64,000 bases of DNA. Source: Sphyrna mokarran. Taxonomy: Eukaryota. The number at the start of each line of letters is the position of its first letter. Within the stretch, counting starts at the first letter, position 1. Below the pieces are notes generated by a model. It made no database searches. It was not told the origin of the DNA and worked only from the letters and a program-made list of their open reading frames with translations. This document shows positions 1 to 11,366 of this stretch, in pieces. The stretch covers positions 91,636,001 to 91,700,000 of the forward strand of contig JAGIQG010000009.1 of assembly GCA_024679065.1 (NCBI GenBank), given 5' to 3'. Position numbers and translations under genes: made by a program.

Positions 1-660
1 TTATCCATATAACTATCCATTGACCATTTGAACACCCTTAAAGTTGGCGAGTCCACAACTGCTGCAGGCATGGCATTCTACACCCTTACTACCCTCTGAG
101 TAAAGAACCTGCCTCTAACATCCGTCCTATAATTATCACCCTTCAATTTAAAGCTATGTCCCCTCGTGTTAGACATCACCATCTGAGGAAAAAGGCTCTC
201 AGTCTCCACCCTATCTAACCCTCTGATCATCTTGTACGCCTCAATTAGGTCATCTCTTAGCCTTCTTCTCTCTAATGAAAATAAGCTCAAGTCCCTCAGC
301 CTTTCCTCAAAAGACCTTCCCACCATACCAGGCAACACCAGGGTAAACCTCCTCTGCAGTCTTTCCAATGCTTCCACATCTTTTTTTTAATGCGACGACC
401 AGAACAGTACGCAATAGCCCAAGTGTGGCTGCACCAGAGTTTTGTACAGTTGCAACATGATCTTGCAGCTCTGAAATTCAATCCCTCTACCAATAAAAGC
501 TAACACACTTCTTAACAACCTAACCAATCGAGGTGCCAACTTTCAGGGACCTATGCACATGTACACCGAGGTCTCTCTGCTCGTCGACACTACCAAGAGT
601 CCTTCCATTAGCCCTATATTCTGTACTCCTGTTCCTTTACCAAAGTGAATCACCTCACAC
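1..660 (-). mobile_element. CR1-type LINE, 3' part of ORF2 (degenerate fragment)
   Basis: Minus-strand ORF 78..377 ([50 protein letters not shown]) is the typical CR1 ORF2 C-terminus; frameshifted. Confidence 0.9.
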
Positions 661-995
661 TTTTCCAGAGCGTTTCGAAGACTTTAGACTCGGAGTGATG
701 AAGCTGTTTTGCTTCTCCCAATGGAAGTGAAAATTAGAATAGTCCATTTGAAGCATTTTCCATTTGTTCCAAGTTTCTCTGCTCTGGGTGTTTGTACATC
801 CTGCTGTCAGAAGAGCTGAACACCAATCCCATCAGAGTCTTCCACACTGTGCTGACTTCAATGGTGTCAAATATCAGGCTGGCTATATAATAATGTCTGA
901 GCAAACATCACCCTTTTCAAACTCTCACCAAAAGATTCAAATTCACCCCAGAGACAGAGAGACAGAGAAAATGGAAGGGTGAATTCTGTACTTAC

Positions 996-1047
996 CGGGA
1001 AAGGCCCAGGGAAAACACAGGGAGACGGAGAAAAGGATCAGCAATGT
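996..1047 (-). pseudogene. MHC class I leader exon of gene A with start codon mutated (ATG>ACA); gene body would lie left of the window
   Basis: Reads ACA TTG CTG ATC CTT TTC TCC GTC TCC CTG TGT TTT CCC TGG GCC TTT CCC G|gtaagt (52 nt, phase 1), colinear with ATG-bearing copies at 30393, 31116 and 54646. Confidence 0.75.
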
Positions 1048-1300
1048 TCTGGAAATCCACTGTCCCAATTCCAATCAGTGACTGGGAATTAAACATTCGA
1101 AGGAGGAAACTAATATTGTTTATTGTGATTGGAAAACACAAAAAAATGTTGATAAGGGCTCCAGTTTCCTGTCTTCATTAAAATATGATCAGTTCCCTGA
1201 CGTTAAACCACACAGCCATAGGGTGAATGGTAGATGAGTGTGGGAAAAAGAGCCAATGAAAAGGAAAGAATTTCTAATGTTCATTTATTTTTCACAACCA

Positions 1301-1400
1301 GGCTTACATTAATACTGCAATGAAGTTACTGTGAAAATCCCCCAGTTGCCACACTCCGGTACCTGTTCAGGTACACTGAGGGAGAATTTAGCATGGGTGA
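1301..1400 (-). mobile_element. HE1/V-SINE-type SINE 3' fragment (paralog at ~31671-31750)
   Basis: Reverse complement of the tail of the SINE at ~56400-56505. Confidence 0.7.
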
Positions 1401-2057
1401 TTCACCTATCCTCTCACCAGTTATCAGGAAATTGTCCATTTCCAGTTCCGACACTTCCATGTAAAGTTTCCTCCCCGTCAGGAATGGTCGCAAAAAAGGA
1501 GCTTGGAAATGATAAAGAAGCCACACTGCAAACAACCATCATTTTAGCTGCTGCAGGCTTTGGGCCCAGTCAGGCCACCTGCCCCCGCAAGGGTACAGAC
1601 TGTTAGACTTATTAAAAATCTTGTTAAACTGCAATTTTTCCAGTCCGCTTTAGGTTTTCCAATTTGAAATTGAGCAGACGAATGGTCTGGTGTGAGCACC
1701 CAGCAGTTGGCCAGGGAGGACAGTCCTCCCACAATCCCTTTCAGCTTGCTTGGCTGTAAGAGCAGACCCAGTTTGCCCTGTAGATGGACATTCCCCTCCC
1801 TCACCACACTCCCTCTCATCACATTCCCCCTCACCCCCATAATGGTGGCCTGGCTTCTTTCTTGGTTTATTTTGATGTTTTTCTGAAGTGACGAACATGG
1901 CCCTTCCTGTTGAAGCAGTTTCTCAGTTACACACTGGGTGTTTGCCGACAGCTGGAGGAATCCGGATTGGCTGTTGGGGAGCCTGCCCACCACTCTTAAT
2001 TGGAAGGAAAATGGTTTCTATGCCAATTGTAAATGTTCTCCCACAAAATATTCATGA

Positions 2058-3410
2058 AATCAGCAAGTTTGTAGATGACACGAAGATGACTGGACTTGCG
2101 GACAGTGAGGATCAGTGTCGAGCAATACAGCAGGACGTAGATAGGCTGGTAGCTTGGGCAGATAGATGGCAGATGGAATTTAATCCTGGTAAATGCGAGG
2201 TGATGCATTTTGGGAGAAAGAATGTAGGGGGGAGGTATATGATAAGGGGTAGACCTATTAAGAGTATAGAAACGCAAAATGATCTCAGGAGCAGGTACAC
2301 AAGTCTTTGAAGGTGGCAGAACAGGTGGAGAAGATTGTGAAGAAATTTTATAGCATGCTAGTCTTTATAGGAAGGGGTATAGAGTACAAGAGCTTGCATT
2401 TAATGTTGCAGTTGTACAGAACGTTGGTTAGACCTCATTTGGAATACTGCATCAGTTGTGGTCGTCTTACTACCAGAAGGATGTGGAGACTCTGGAGAGA
2501 GTGCAGAGAACGTTTACCAGGATGCTGCCTGGTATGGAAGGTCTGGGTTACAAGGAAAGGTTAGGCAAATTGGAGCTGTTTTCCTTCGAAAGACGAAGAC
2601 TGAGATGAGATCTAATAGAGGTGTACAAGATTATGAAGGGTAGAGTAAACAGTGGTAAACTTTTTCCTAGGTTGGAATCAAATATCACAAGAGGCCACGG
2701 GCTTAGGTTGAGGGGAGGGTAAGGAATAATTTGGATGCTCGAGGAGTTTTTTCACACAGAGAGTTGTAGGGGTATGGAACACACTGCCAAGTGGTGGAGG
2801 CAGGCACTCTGGAGTTATTTAAGGGATACTTAGGTAGGCACATGAGCGGAATAGGGATGGAGGGATATAGAAGACTATTTTACATAGGGATCATGAGCCT
2901 TGGGACGTTCCTGGGAATTGCATAAGATGTGCATGTTATTGACGTTTTTCTCTTTTGTCCTGCAGGTATTTCAGTCTGCCTTGTTGTCCAATAGGGGGCA
3001 GACATTCGATGGGTCGTGAGAGGCTGCTCTTGGATTTTTCGAGAGTAGCTTGGTACTTCACGTTGTTAAACTGGACCAACTGATGGGCAGCACGACAGCT
3101 CAGTGACTATCACTGTTTCCTGTGCAGATACATGGATTTGGTCCAGTGTCTCTGGGAGTTTGCGCATTCTCCCCGTGCTTTTGTGGGTTTTCTCCAGGTA
3201 TTCCGGTTTCCTCCCACACCCCAAAGGTGTGCTCTTAGGCTGATTGGCGAAACAAATTGTCCCTAAATTGTCTCTGCAATTTGGTTTCCAATGCAGGTTT
3301 CCATAAACATCGACAAGGGTCATGGGTGGAAGTGGGAAAGTTAAAATAGTGGCGCAGGATCGTTGGGCCGAAGGGCCTGTTTCCTATGCTGTGTTGTTCT
3401 TTGTTCTTTA
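2058..3410 (+). mobile_element. 5'-truncated CR1 LINE with a long 3' UTR containing a V-SINE-like core; specific to unit 1
   Basis: [27 protein letters not shown] motifs, ttgttcttt tail; empty site at ~32395-32405. Confidence 0.85.
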
Positions 3411-3434
3411 GAAAATCTTTAACTGTGACCTGTA

Positions 3435-3762
3435 TCTGTGTATATACACCTCTCTTTGCAGCTGTGAGTATGTATGTAAATGAGCATGTGTATGTATTTG
3501 TGTGCGTATATGAGCACGTGTGTGCTTATTTGCGCGCCAGTGCACGCGCATATCTGTGCGTGCATATGTATCTTTGTATCTGTGTTTTTGCATGTGTGCG
3601 TTTATTTATGTCTGTCCCTTTGTGTGTGNNNNNNNNNNNNNNNNNNNNNNNNNNNNNNNNNNNNNNNNNNNNNNNNNNNNNNNNNNNNNNNNNNNNNNNN
3701 NNNNNNNNNNNNNNNNNNNNNNNNNNNNNNNNNNNNNNNNNNNNNNNNNNNNNNNNNNNNNN
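3435..3762. repeat. Degenerate (TG)n microsatellite running into an assembly gap (134 N, 3629-3762); ungapped paralog at ~32420-32665
   Basis: Directly visible. Confidence 0.9.
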
Positions 3763-3963
3763 TGCTTACGTGAGGTTGTATGTGTATCCTCACTCCATAA
3801 CCCATTCAATTATCAATTACAATTTAAATGAAACAATTCTACAAACCCTGTAAGACTGTTGAATTATTCAATTTCTTTCCAGTTGCCTCTTTTTTAGTCT
3901 CAACAGGATGTGAAAATTACTGGCTAGGCCAGCATTTATTGCCCATTCCTAGTTGCCCTTCAC

Positions 3964-6900
3964 GCCTCAACGTGGCGTTACGCCTCAACGTGGCGTAGGA
4001 GTGACACTGGCCGAACATCAGCGAAGTACGGCGGAGATTCACTCTCTGACAGGCCTAACCAAGCTGTGAAGGTGATGTTCCTTCGGTATACGACTAGACT
4101 AGATTTGGTAGTAGGACCGTGGCTAGCTAAGTCAAGGAGGTAACTGAGGACGTCGGCAGCAGGGCGTCTGATGGTGTTTGTGGCAGATGAACCCAAAGGG
4201 TCAATGGTACAGTCACCTTGATGGCATGTGGAAGAACCAGAGTGCTGGTCAACAGATGAATCATTAGACTAGTTGTCACTGCGGGGCAGCTTTCTTATCC
4301 GCTAAGTATGTTATACTTCTGCGTACCACTTAGCATCAGATTTGGAAGCCCAGAGAGACTCTATGGTGGGGGCACGACACCGTCTGTCTTATTACTGTGC
4401 AAGGCGTGTTGGAAGTAAAGTTCCTGGATGACATTGAAAGCCCTTTGACGATGGAGTTAATGTGACGGCAGCAGGCTTGAGGAGCTGGAAGCTGCTAACT
4501 TGAGCTCTGCACATAGGCGGCTCACACAAGAAGGTCGCTACCTTGTTGAGTTTTCTGAGCAACAACAAGGTTGAGGCAGCTATGTGAGTGTCCGGGCAGC
4601 CCTTTTTAGGGACAGCACTGCCCGCCCTGGAAGGGGAAGCCCCTAGAAAAGGTGGGGTAAAGAGAGCTTGTTCAGATTTCACCTGGCTGGCTTACTGCGG
4701 CCAGCGGGTCTTCACCAAAGCGGTAAGAAATCAAAGAAAGTAAAACTGACTGTTGGCACATGGAATGTGAGAACAATGCTAGATAATGAATCAAGGCCAG
4801 AAAGGCGAACTGCTCTGATAGCTAAGGAATTGGCAAGATACAACATTGATATTGCTGCGCTCCAAGAAACAAGGATTGAAGGACAAAGACGGATTCAAGA
4901 AAATACTCACACCTTCTTCTGGATTGGAAAAACAGACGAAAGGAGAGATGCAGGTGTGGCCTTTGCCATTACCAACAAAATTGCTAGCAAACTGCCAATA
5001 CTTCCAATAGGAATATCTGAAAGGCTCATGAGACTACGTGTTCCCACCAAAAAGGATCGTTTCCTGAGCTTGATCAATGTACATGCACCAACTATGGCAT
5101 ACTCTGACAAAGACAAGGAGTCCTTCTATCAAGAACTGGCTGAAGTAACTGATAATGTTCCTAAGACAGATAAGTTGCTCATCTTGGGAGATTTCAATGC
5201 CAGGGTAGGCAATGATCGTAATACTTATGAAGGCATCATAGGAAAATTTGGTAAAGGCAAAAAAGAACACCAATGGTGACCTTATGCTAAACTTTTGCGC
5301 GCAGAGGGAATTTTGTGTTACCAACACTTTCTTTTGTCAGCCGGAGAAGAATTACTTCACTTGGATGCACCCTAGGTCAAAGCATCTCCATCTGCTTGAC
5401 TACATTGTGACCCGCAGAGCAGATATGCCGGAGGTTCTATCAACAAAAGCAATGCGTGGAGCAGAATGCTCAACTGATCACTACATGGTAAGATCACAAA
5501 TTAGACTGAAATTGGTACTGCCAAGGCGAAAAACACCCAGTGACGTACCCAAGAAATTGGATGTCAACAAGTTGGCAAAGGAGGAACATCGGAGGAGACT
5601 TGTCGCAGCCATGACACTATCTCTCCAAAAAGGTAAAGAACCTCTCAATGACCCAGCAAACATTGAAGAATGCTGGAAGCAGCTTAAGGAAACCATTCTT
5701 TCAACTGCAAGTAAGGTCCTTGGTCACCCTAAGAGAAGAACTCCTGACTGGTTTCAAGAACAAAATGAATCAATTCAAGAACTGCTAGAGTTGAAGCACA
5801 AGCTTTACATGTGTCACTTGAAAGAGAACTCTGAAAGAAGCAGTGCGGCATTTAAGGCCGTGAAAGCCAAAGTTCAAAAGGAGACCAGGGCTATGAAGAA
5901 CAAGTGGTGGAATAAGAAAGTGGAAGAACTGCAAGCAATGTCAGACAGGAAAGATTCCCATGGGCTCTTTTCAGGACTGAAAGCTATCTATGGTCCAAGA
6001 AGTAACACAATGGTTCCTGTGAAAACTGCAGATGGGAGCAAACTATGCACTAACAAGAAAGACATCATTGAGCGATGGAAGGAGCACTTTTGTAACCTTC
6101 TAAACCAGCAAGGTGCGGTTGATCGCAAAGCATGTCAGGGGCTCACAACTAGACCGGTAAAAGAGGAGCTAATGGAAACATCACGATGACAGAACTTGAT
6201 AAAGCTCTAAAAGATACCAGAAGTGGTAAGGCACCCGGGCAAGACGGTATTCCATCAGATGTGCTGAAACAAGGTGGTCCTGCTCTGAAAAGTGAACTGC
6301 TAAACATATACAATGCTTGTTGGCAAAACCAATGCCTCCCTCAGGACTACAAAGATGCGTTAATTGTCACAATCTATAAGAAGAAAGGCGACCGAAGTGA
6401 GTGCAAAAACCACCGAGGCATCGCGCTTCTTTCCGTAGCTGGCAAGATTATGGCGAAGATCCTGCTCAATCGACTCAAAATTATTTCAGAAAATGTCCTC
6501 CCTGAGAGCCAATGTGGCTTTAGGATTGGAAGAGCAACTACAGATATGATTTTTACCTTGAGGCAACTCCAGGAGAAGGCGGCAGAACAGCAACAACCAT
6601 TGTACATTGCCTTTGTCGATTTTTCACAAGCATTCGATACGGTGGATAGAGGAACCCTCTGGAGAGTGCTCAAAATTTATGAATGTCCAGATAGACTGCT
6701 CAAGATGATCAAACTATTTCATGAGAATATATATGGCAAAGTAACTATTGAAGGAGATATCAGCGAAGCCTTCAGCATCAACCACGGGGTAAAGCAGGGA
6801 TGTGTACTTGCTCCAACTTTGTTCACGCTATATCTTGCTGCAGTATTGGAAACAATGGACCAAAATCTGGACAAAGGTGTGTACATTAGGACTCGCTCAG

Positions 6901-7965
6901 ATGGAAAATTGTTCAACCTCTCAAGACTCAAAGCCTCAACCAAGATGAGAAAGATATGTGTCAGAGAACTTCTGTATGCAGATGATTTAGCCCTCGTTGC
7001 CACTGATCCAAATGTGATTCAAGAAATTGTAGACAACTTCTCATCTGCTGCCATTCTTTTTGGCCTAAGAATCAATGCCTCCAAAACCGAACTCCTGTAC
7101 CAACCTCCGCCTCTGTGTAATGAAACCCAATCACCAGTCATAAAGATAAGTGGGCTAGCGCTGAAAAACACTGAGTCCTTCACTTACTTAGGAAGCGCTG
7201 TAACCAGCACCAACATATCAGACCTGGAAATAGAAAGGAGGATTCAATCAGCAACAAAAGCTTTTGGTGCCTTGCAGAAGCGACTTTGGTCCCGCCATGA
7301 CATTAAAATGTCAACCAAGGTCAAAGTGTATAATACAGCCGTTCTACCATCTCTACTTTATTCAACAGAAACGATGACATTGTACCGGAAGCATATCAAG
7401 AAACTAACCAAGATACAACTCAGACACTTGTGACAAATATTAAACATCAATTGGCAAGAGATGGTTCCTGATGTGGAGGTATTCAAATGAGCTGGAACAG
7501 TCAGCGCAGAATCGCTCATCACAGCCTCTCAGTTGCGGTGGACTGGCCATGTCATAAGAATGAGCGACAATCATTTGCCCAAAGCCGTCTTCTATGGCGA
7601 GCTACATGAAGGAAATAGAAAACATGGTGGACAGAAGCTGCGTTACAAAGATGTGCTCAAGCGCCATATGAAGAACACTAACATGGACGTCAACACCTGG
7701 GAGAAGGATGCTTTGGACAGAAGAAGTTGGCAATGCATTGTCAAGAAGACAATCCCACTCATCGAGGAAAAAAAGGCAGGAAAAATATGAAGCAGACCAT
7801 GAACGCAGACATTTTGTTACAAATCAGACAAATCACAGTTGCCACCGAAGTGGGAGACAATGCCGATCCAATGCAGGCCTTATAACACACCAACGTGCCT
7901 GCAGAATCTAAACTTCTAACACAGTCAACATCGAAATCGATGGACGGCCGAAGAAGAGAAGAGAA
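3964..7965 (+). mobile_element. Near-full-length, young RTE-clade non-LTR retrotransposon
   Basis: Single APE+RT ORF in pieces: GTWNVRT..RPERRTALIAKELARYNIDIAALQETR, LGDFNARVG, STDH, ESQCGFR, GVKQGCVLAPTLF, RSDGKLFNLSRLKA, LLYADD, C-terminal Cys/His motif, (GAA/GAGAA) tail. Empty site at 32851-32875. Confidence 0.92.
4725..7911 (+). pseudogene. RTE endonuclease-reverse transcriptase ORF, disrupted
   Basis: Consecutive ORFs 4668..5279, 5248..6189, 6186..7433, 7533..7790 and 7708..7911, joined by about three frameshifts and two TGA stops. Confidence 0.88.
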
Positions 7966-10045
7966 GAGTGGGAGTTCCAGGGTTTTGACCCCGTGGTGGT
8001 GAAGGAACAACAGATATATTTCCAAGTTAGGGTGGTGTGTGGCTTGGAGTGGAACCTCCAGATTGTGTGTGTTCCCTGGTATCTGCTGTCCTTGTCCTTC
8101 AAGGTGCTAGTGGGTTTAAAAGGTGTTGCCCAAGGAGCCTTGGAAGGTTCCTGCAGTGAATCTTGCAGATGGTTCACACAGCTGCTACTGAGCATCAGTG
8201 GTGGAGGGCTTGAATCATAGAATCCTCCAATGCAGAAGGAGGCCGTTCAGCCCATCAAGTCTGTACTGACCGCAATCCTACACCATCCCCATTAACTCAT
8301 GCATTTAGCCGCACTAATCTCCATGACTCAAAGGGGTTATGTAGCCTGGCCACTCCCCAGCTTACCCACACATCTTTGGACTATGGGAGGAAACCAGAAC
8401 ACCCAGACAAAACACATGCAGACACAGGGAGAATGTGCAAACTTCACACAAACAGTGAACCAAGAAGTGTATCATACCCGGGTCCCTGGTGTTGTGAGGC
8501 AGCAGTGCTAACCACTATTCCACCCTGCTGTCCCTTGTGGAATGGGTAACAATGAAGTGAGCTGCTTTATCCTGAATAGAGTCTGTTGAGTTTCTTGAGT
8601 GTTTTTAGAGCTGTCCTTACCTCGGCAAGTGAAGAGAATTCCATTACATAGAAATATAGAAAACTGAAGCAGGAGTAGGTTATTCAACCCTTTGAGAGTT
8701 TTCACCATTCATTATGATCATGGCTGATCATCAAATTCAATATCCTGATCCCCTTTCCCCCATAACCCTTGATCCCAAAAGACCCAAAAGCTCCATCTAA
8801 TTTATTCTCAAAGTTAGACCATGTTTTTGCCTCACCGACTTTCTGCGATACTGAATTCCTCACACTCACCACTCTCTGAGGGAAGAAACTTCTCCTCACC
8901 TCAGTTCTTATCCTCAAACTATGACTCCTAGTTCTGGACTCCCCCACCATTTGGAACATTCTTTCTGAATTACCCTGTTTAATCCTGTTAGAATGAAATC
9001 TCCTTTCACTCTTCTAAACTCCAATGAATACAATCCTCACCCTCCTGACTTGTACCATGTAGGTGATGGACAGATTTTGGGATGTGATTATCCACTGCGG
9101 GATTCCTAACTTCTGATCTGCTCTTGTAACTACAGTATTTATATGGTGAATCCAGTTTTGTTTCTGGTCAATGGTAGGCCCCAGGATGTTGCTAATGGGG
9201 ATTCAGACATGATATTACCATTGAATGTCAAGGGATGGTGGTTAGATTCTCTCTTGTTGGGGATGATTGTTGCCTTGCACTTGTGTGGCCCAAATATTAC
9301 TTGGCACTTGTTAGTCCAAGCCTGGATATTGTTCAGGTCTTGCTGCATTGTGGACATGGACTGCTTCAATATCTGAGGAGACATAATGTAGCTGAACATT
9401 GTGCAATCGTCAGTGAACATCCCCACTTCTGACATTATCATAGAAGGCAGGTCATTGATGAAGTAGCTGAAGATGGTTGGGACTGGGACACAAATTCCCT
9501 GAGGAATTCATTGATGCCCAGAGACTGAGATAATTGACCTCCAACCAAACAACCACCATTTTTTGTGCTAGTTATGAGTCCAACCTGTGGAGAGATTTCC
9601 TCCTGATACCCATCGATTCTGGGTTTGTGAGGGGCCTTGATGCCATAACTCGGTCGAATGTGGCCTTAATGTCAAGAGCTCTCACTCTCATCTCACCTCT
9701 GGAACTCAGCTCTTTTTTTAGCATGTTTGAATCAAACCTGTAATGAGAACAGGAACTGAGTGACCCCGGACGAACCCAAACTGGGTGTCACTGAGCAGGT
9801 TATTGCTGAGTAAATGCTGCTTGGTGACACTGTTGATGACCCTTCATCACTTTACTGATGATTGACAGTAGACTGATTGGGCTGTAATTGCCTGGGTTAA
9901 ATTTGTCCTGATCCTCGTGTACAGCCCGTACCTGGGCAATTTTATACATTGCCATTCTTCTAGCTGCGCTGGAACAGCTTGGCGAGGGAAGCAGCAAGTT
10001 CTGGAGCGCAATTCTTCAACAGTATTTCCAGGATATTGTCCTTCC
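7966..10045 (-). mobile_element. Old CR1/L2-group LINE (distinct family) with nested SINE and CR1 pieces; its 3' tail is at 3900-3963, split off by the RTE
   Basis: MFTDDCT, NYSPISLLSIISKVM and, in the paralog at 59850..60038, QFGFLRGHSAPNFITALVQIWTKEL..ALDIRVAFD. Paralogs at ~32795-34950 and ~57480-60235. Confidence 0.8.
8215..8535 (-). mobile_element. HE1/V-SINE-type tRNA-derived SINE (paralog at ~33115-33435)
   Basis: Minus strand gtggttagcactgctgcctcaca..gggacccggg..gtttgcacattctccc..ggtttcctccca plus a CR1-derived tail. Confidence 0.85.
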
Positions 10046-10416
10046 ACACCAACACACTCACTTTGAGGTTCCCTACCCTTCTCATTACTGAGAAGCTGGT
10101 GAACCTTCACCTCCAGCTCACTGGGAAATGTGCTGAAGTTTGACTCTCTAAAGTTAGGACACAGCTTCCTCTCCTCTGTCTCTCACACTGACATCTTCTT
10201 TTCTGTTAACAAGTCAATCAATGCTAATGGAAAACAGTGAATGATGCTGACATTTAGTCTGAACTCAGTCAGTTCACTTTGGATTGAACTTCAACAACTG
10301 CCTATTCCAATCGTCACAAGCTGCTGAGTGAAATCAGTGATGAAGAATTCAGACAAGTCAAACACATGGGGGATTCTGTCACAGAATCAAAGAGTTATCA
10401 CAGAAACAAAGAGTTA

Positions 10417-10422
10417 TTTATT
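10417..10422 (-). terminator. Candidate polyadenylation signal (AATAAA) of gene B; conserved at 35300-35305 and 60585-60590
   Basis: AATAAA on the minus strand followed by GT/T-rich sequence in all three paralogs; no transcript evidence. Confidence 0.35.
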
Positions 10423-11078
10423 GATTACAATCCACAGTTATGGTGTTTCATTATGATCCTGATTATAGATTTTCCTCCATGAATGTGTTATATCATTAAA
10501 ATAAACAATCGGAGAACACATCAAATAAGATATTACATAAAGAGCAAAATGGACCAGTGTGTAATAATTTAAATTCTGACGTTCCGCAATGTGTCACTAC
10601 ACTCAGAGTTACAATTTAGATTGGCAATACTAATATCTCAGTAATATTCACACTGAGAAATTTGACGTTTTTCAGCCACTTCCTGAAACTATGAGTGTCT
10701 CCAGTAATTGTCCCAAGTTGTGTCGTGTCCCTCACCAGTATTCCTAGACCTTGCATTGTGACAATCTGAAACTCTCAGTCATGGAGAACCCTTTGCCCTG
10801 GAAGAGCTGTGAGTTTCAGGTTGATTTTCACTGAGTTGATGGTCCTCCAGCAGGAAATGGTGTTTATTTCAGTGTGTGTTCCTGGGAACAGCCTGTACAG
10901 CGTACAGTCCTGTATAAAGGAGCTGCTGGGTGAACGTTCTGTGACTGTGTGGAAATTCATTAGATCAAATTTCATTTTACTTCATCTCATACACCTTCTA
11001 AAGTGAAGTGGAAAACTGCCCAGCACCAGAAAAATGTTTCCAACATCCTGATTGTCATCTCCCTTATCAGATATATCA

Positions 11079-11180
11079 ATATGTCCCTATATTGGTCTCT
11101 ATATTTCATTAAGACGTTAGGACGGCGGCGCGGGCTCGTTGGGCCGAAGGGCCTGTTTCCCATGCTGTGTTGTTCTTTGT
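11079..11180 (+). mobile_element. Severely truncated CR1/SINE 3' tail insertion with 7-bp TSD (TATATCA) downstream of the gene B stop codon
   Basis: TSD at 11072-11078 and 11181-11187; empty site at ~35972-35978. Confidence 0.8.
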
Positions 11181-11322
11181 TATATCACATAATCTTTGAT
11201 ACGGTTCCAAAAAGTCTTCATCAAAATCCACAAACATTTAAAGACATTTAAAAATTTAAGCAATCAGAAAGTGAGAAAAGTGCACAAATTGTGAGTGTAT
11301 TTCATTCCCAACAATCTGTCCC

Positions 11323-11366
11323 TCAGTCACTCACTGGAGCTGTTGTGTACGTCCCACTTGGTGAAT
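11323..11366 (-). CDS. Gene B cytoplasmic exon ([14 protein letters not shown])
   Basis: Acceptor ttcacttctgcag; Tyr motif like class I exon 6. An internal gtgagt could act as an alternative donor. Confidence 0.7.

Noticed and set aside
1544-1993. 149-aa minus-strand ORF as a novel gene
   Set aside because: No recognisable domain, and the paralog at ~31897-32350 is broken by indels; likely an unclassified repeat.
10775-10975. Additional terminal coding exon after acceptor-like ttccacacag
   Set aside because: Frame and acceptor context differ among the three paralogs; more likely 3' UTR.
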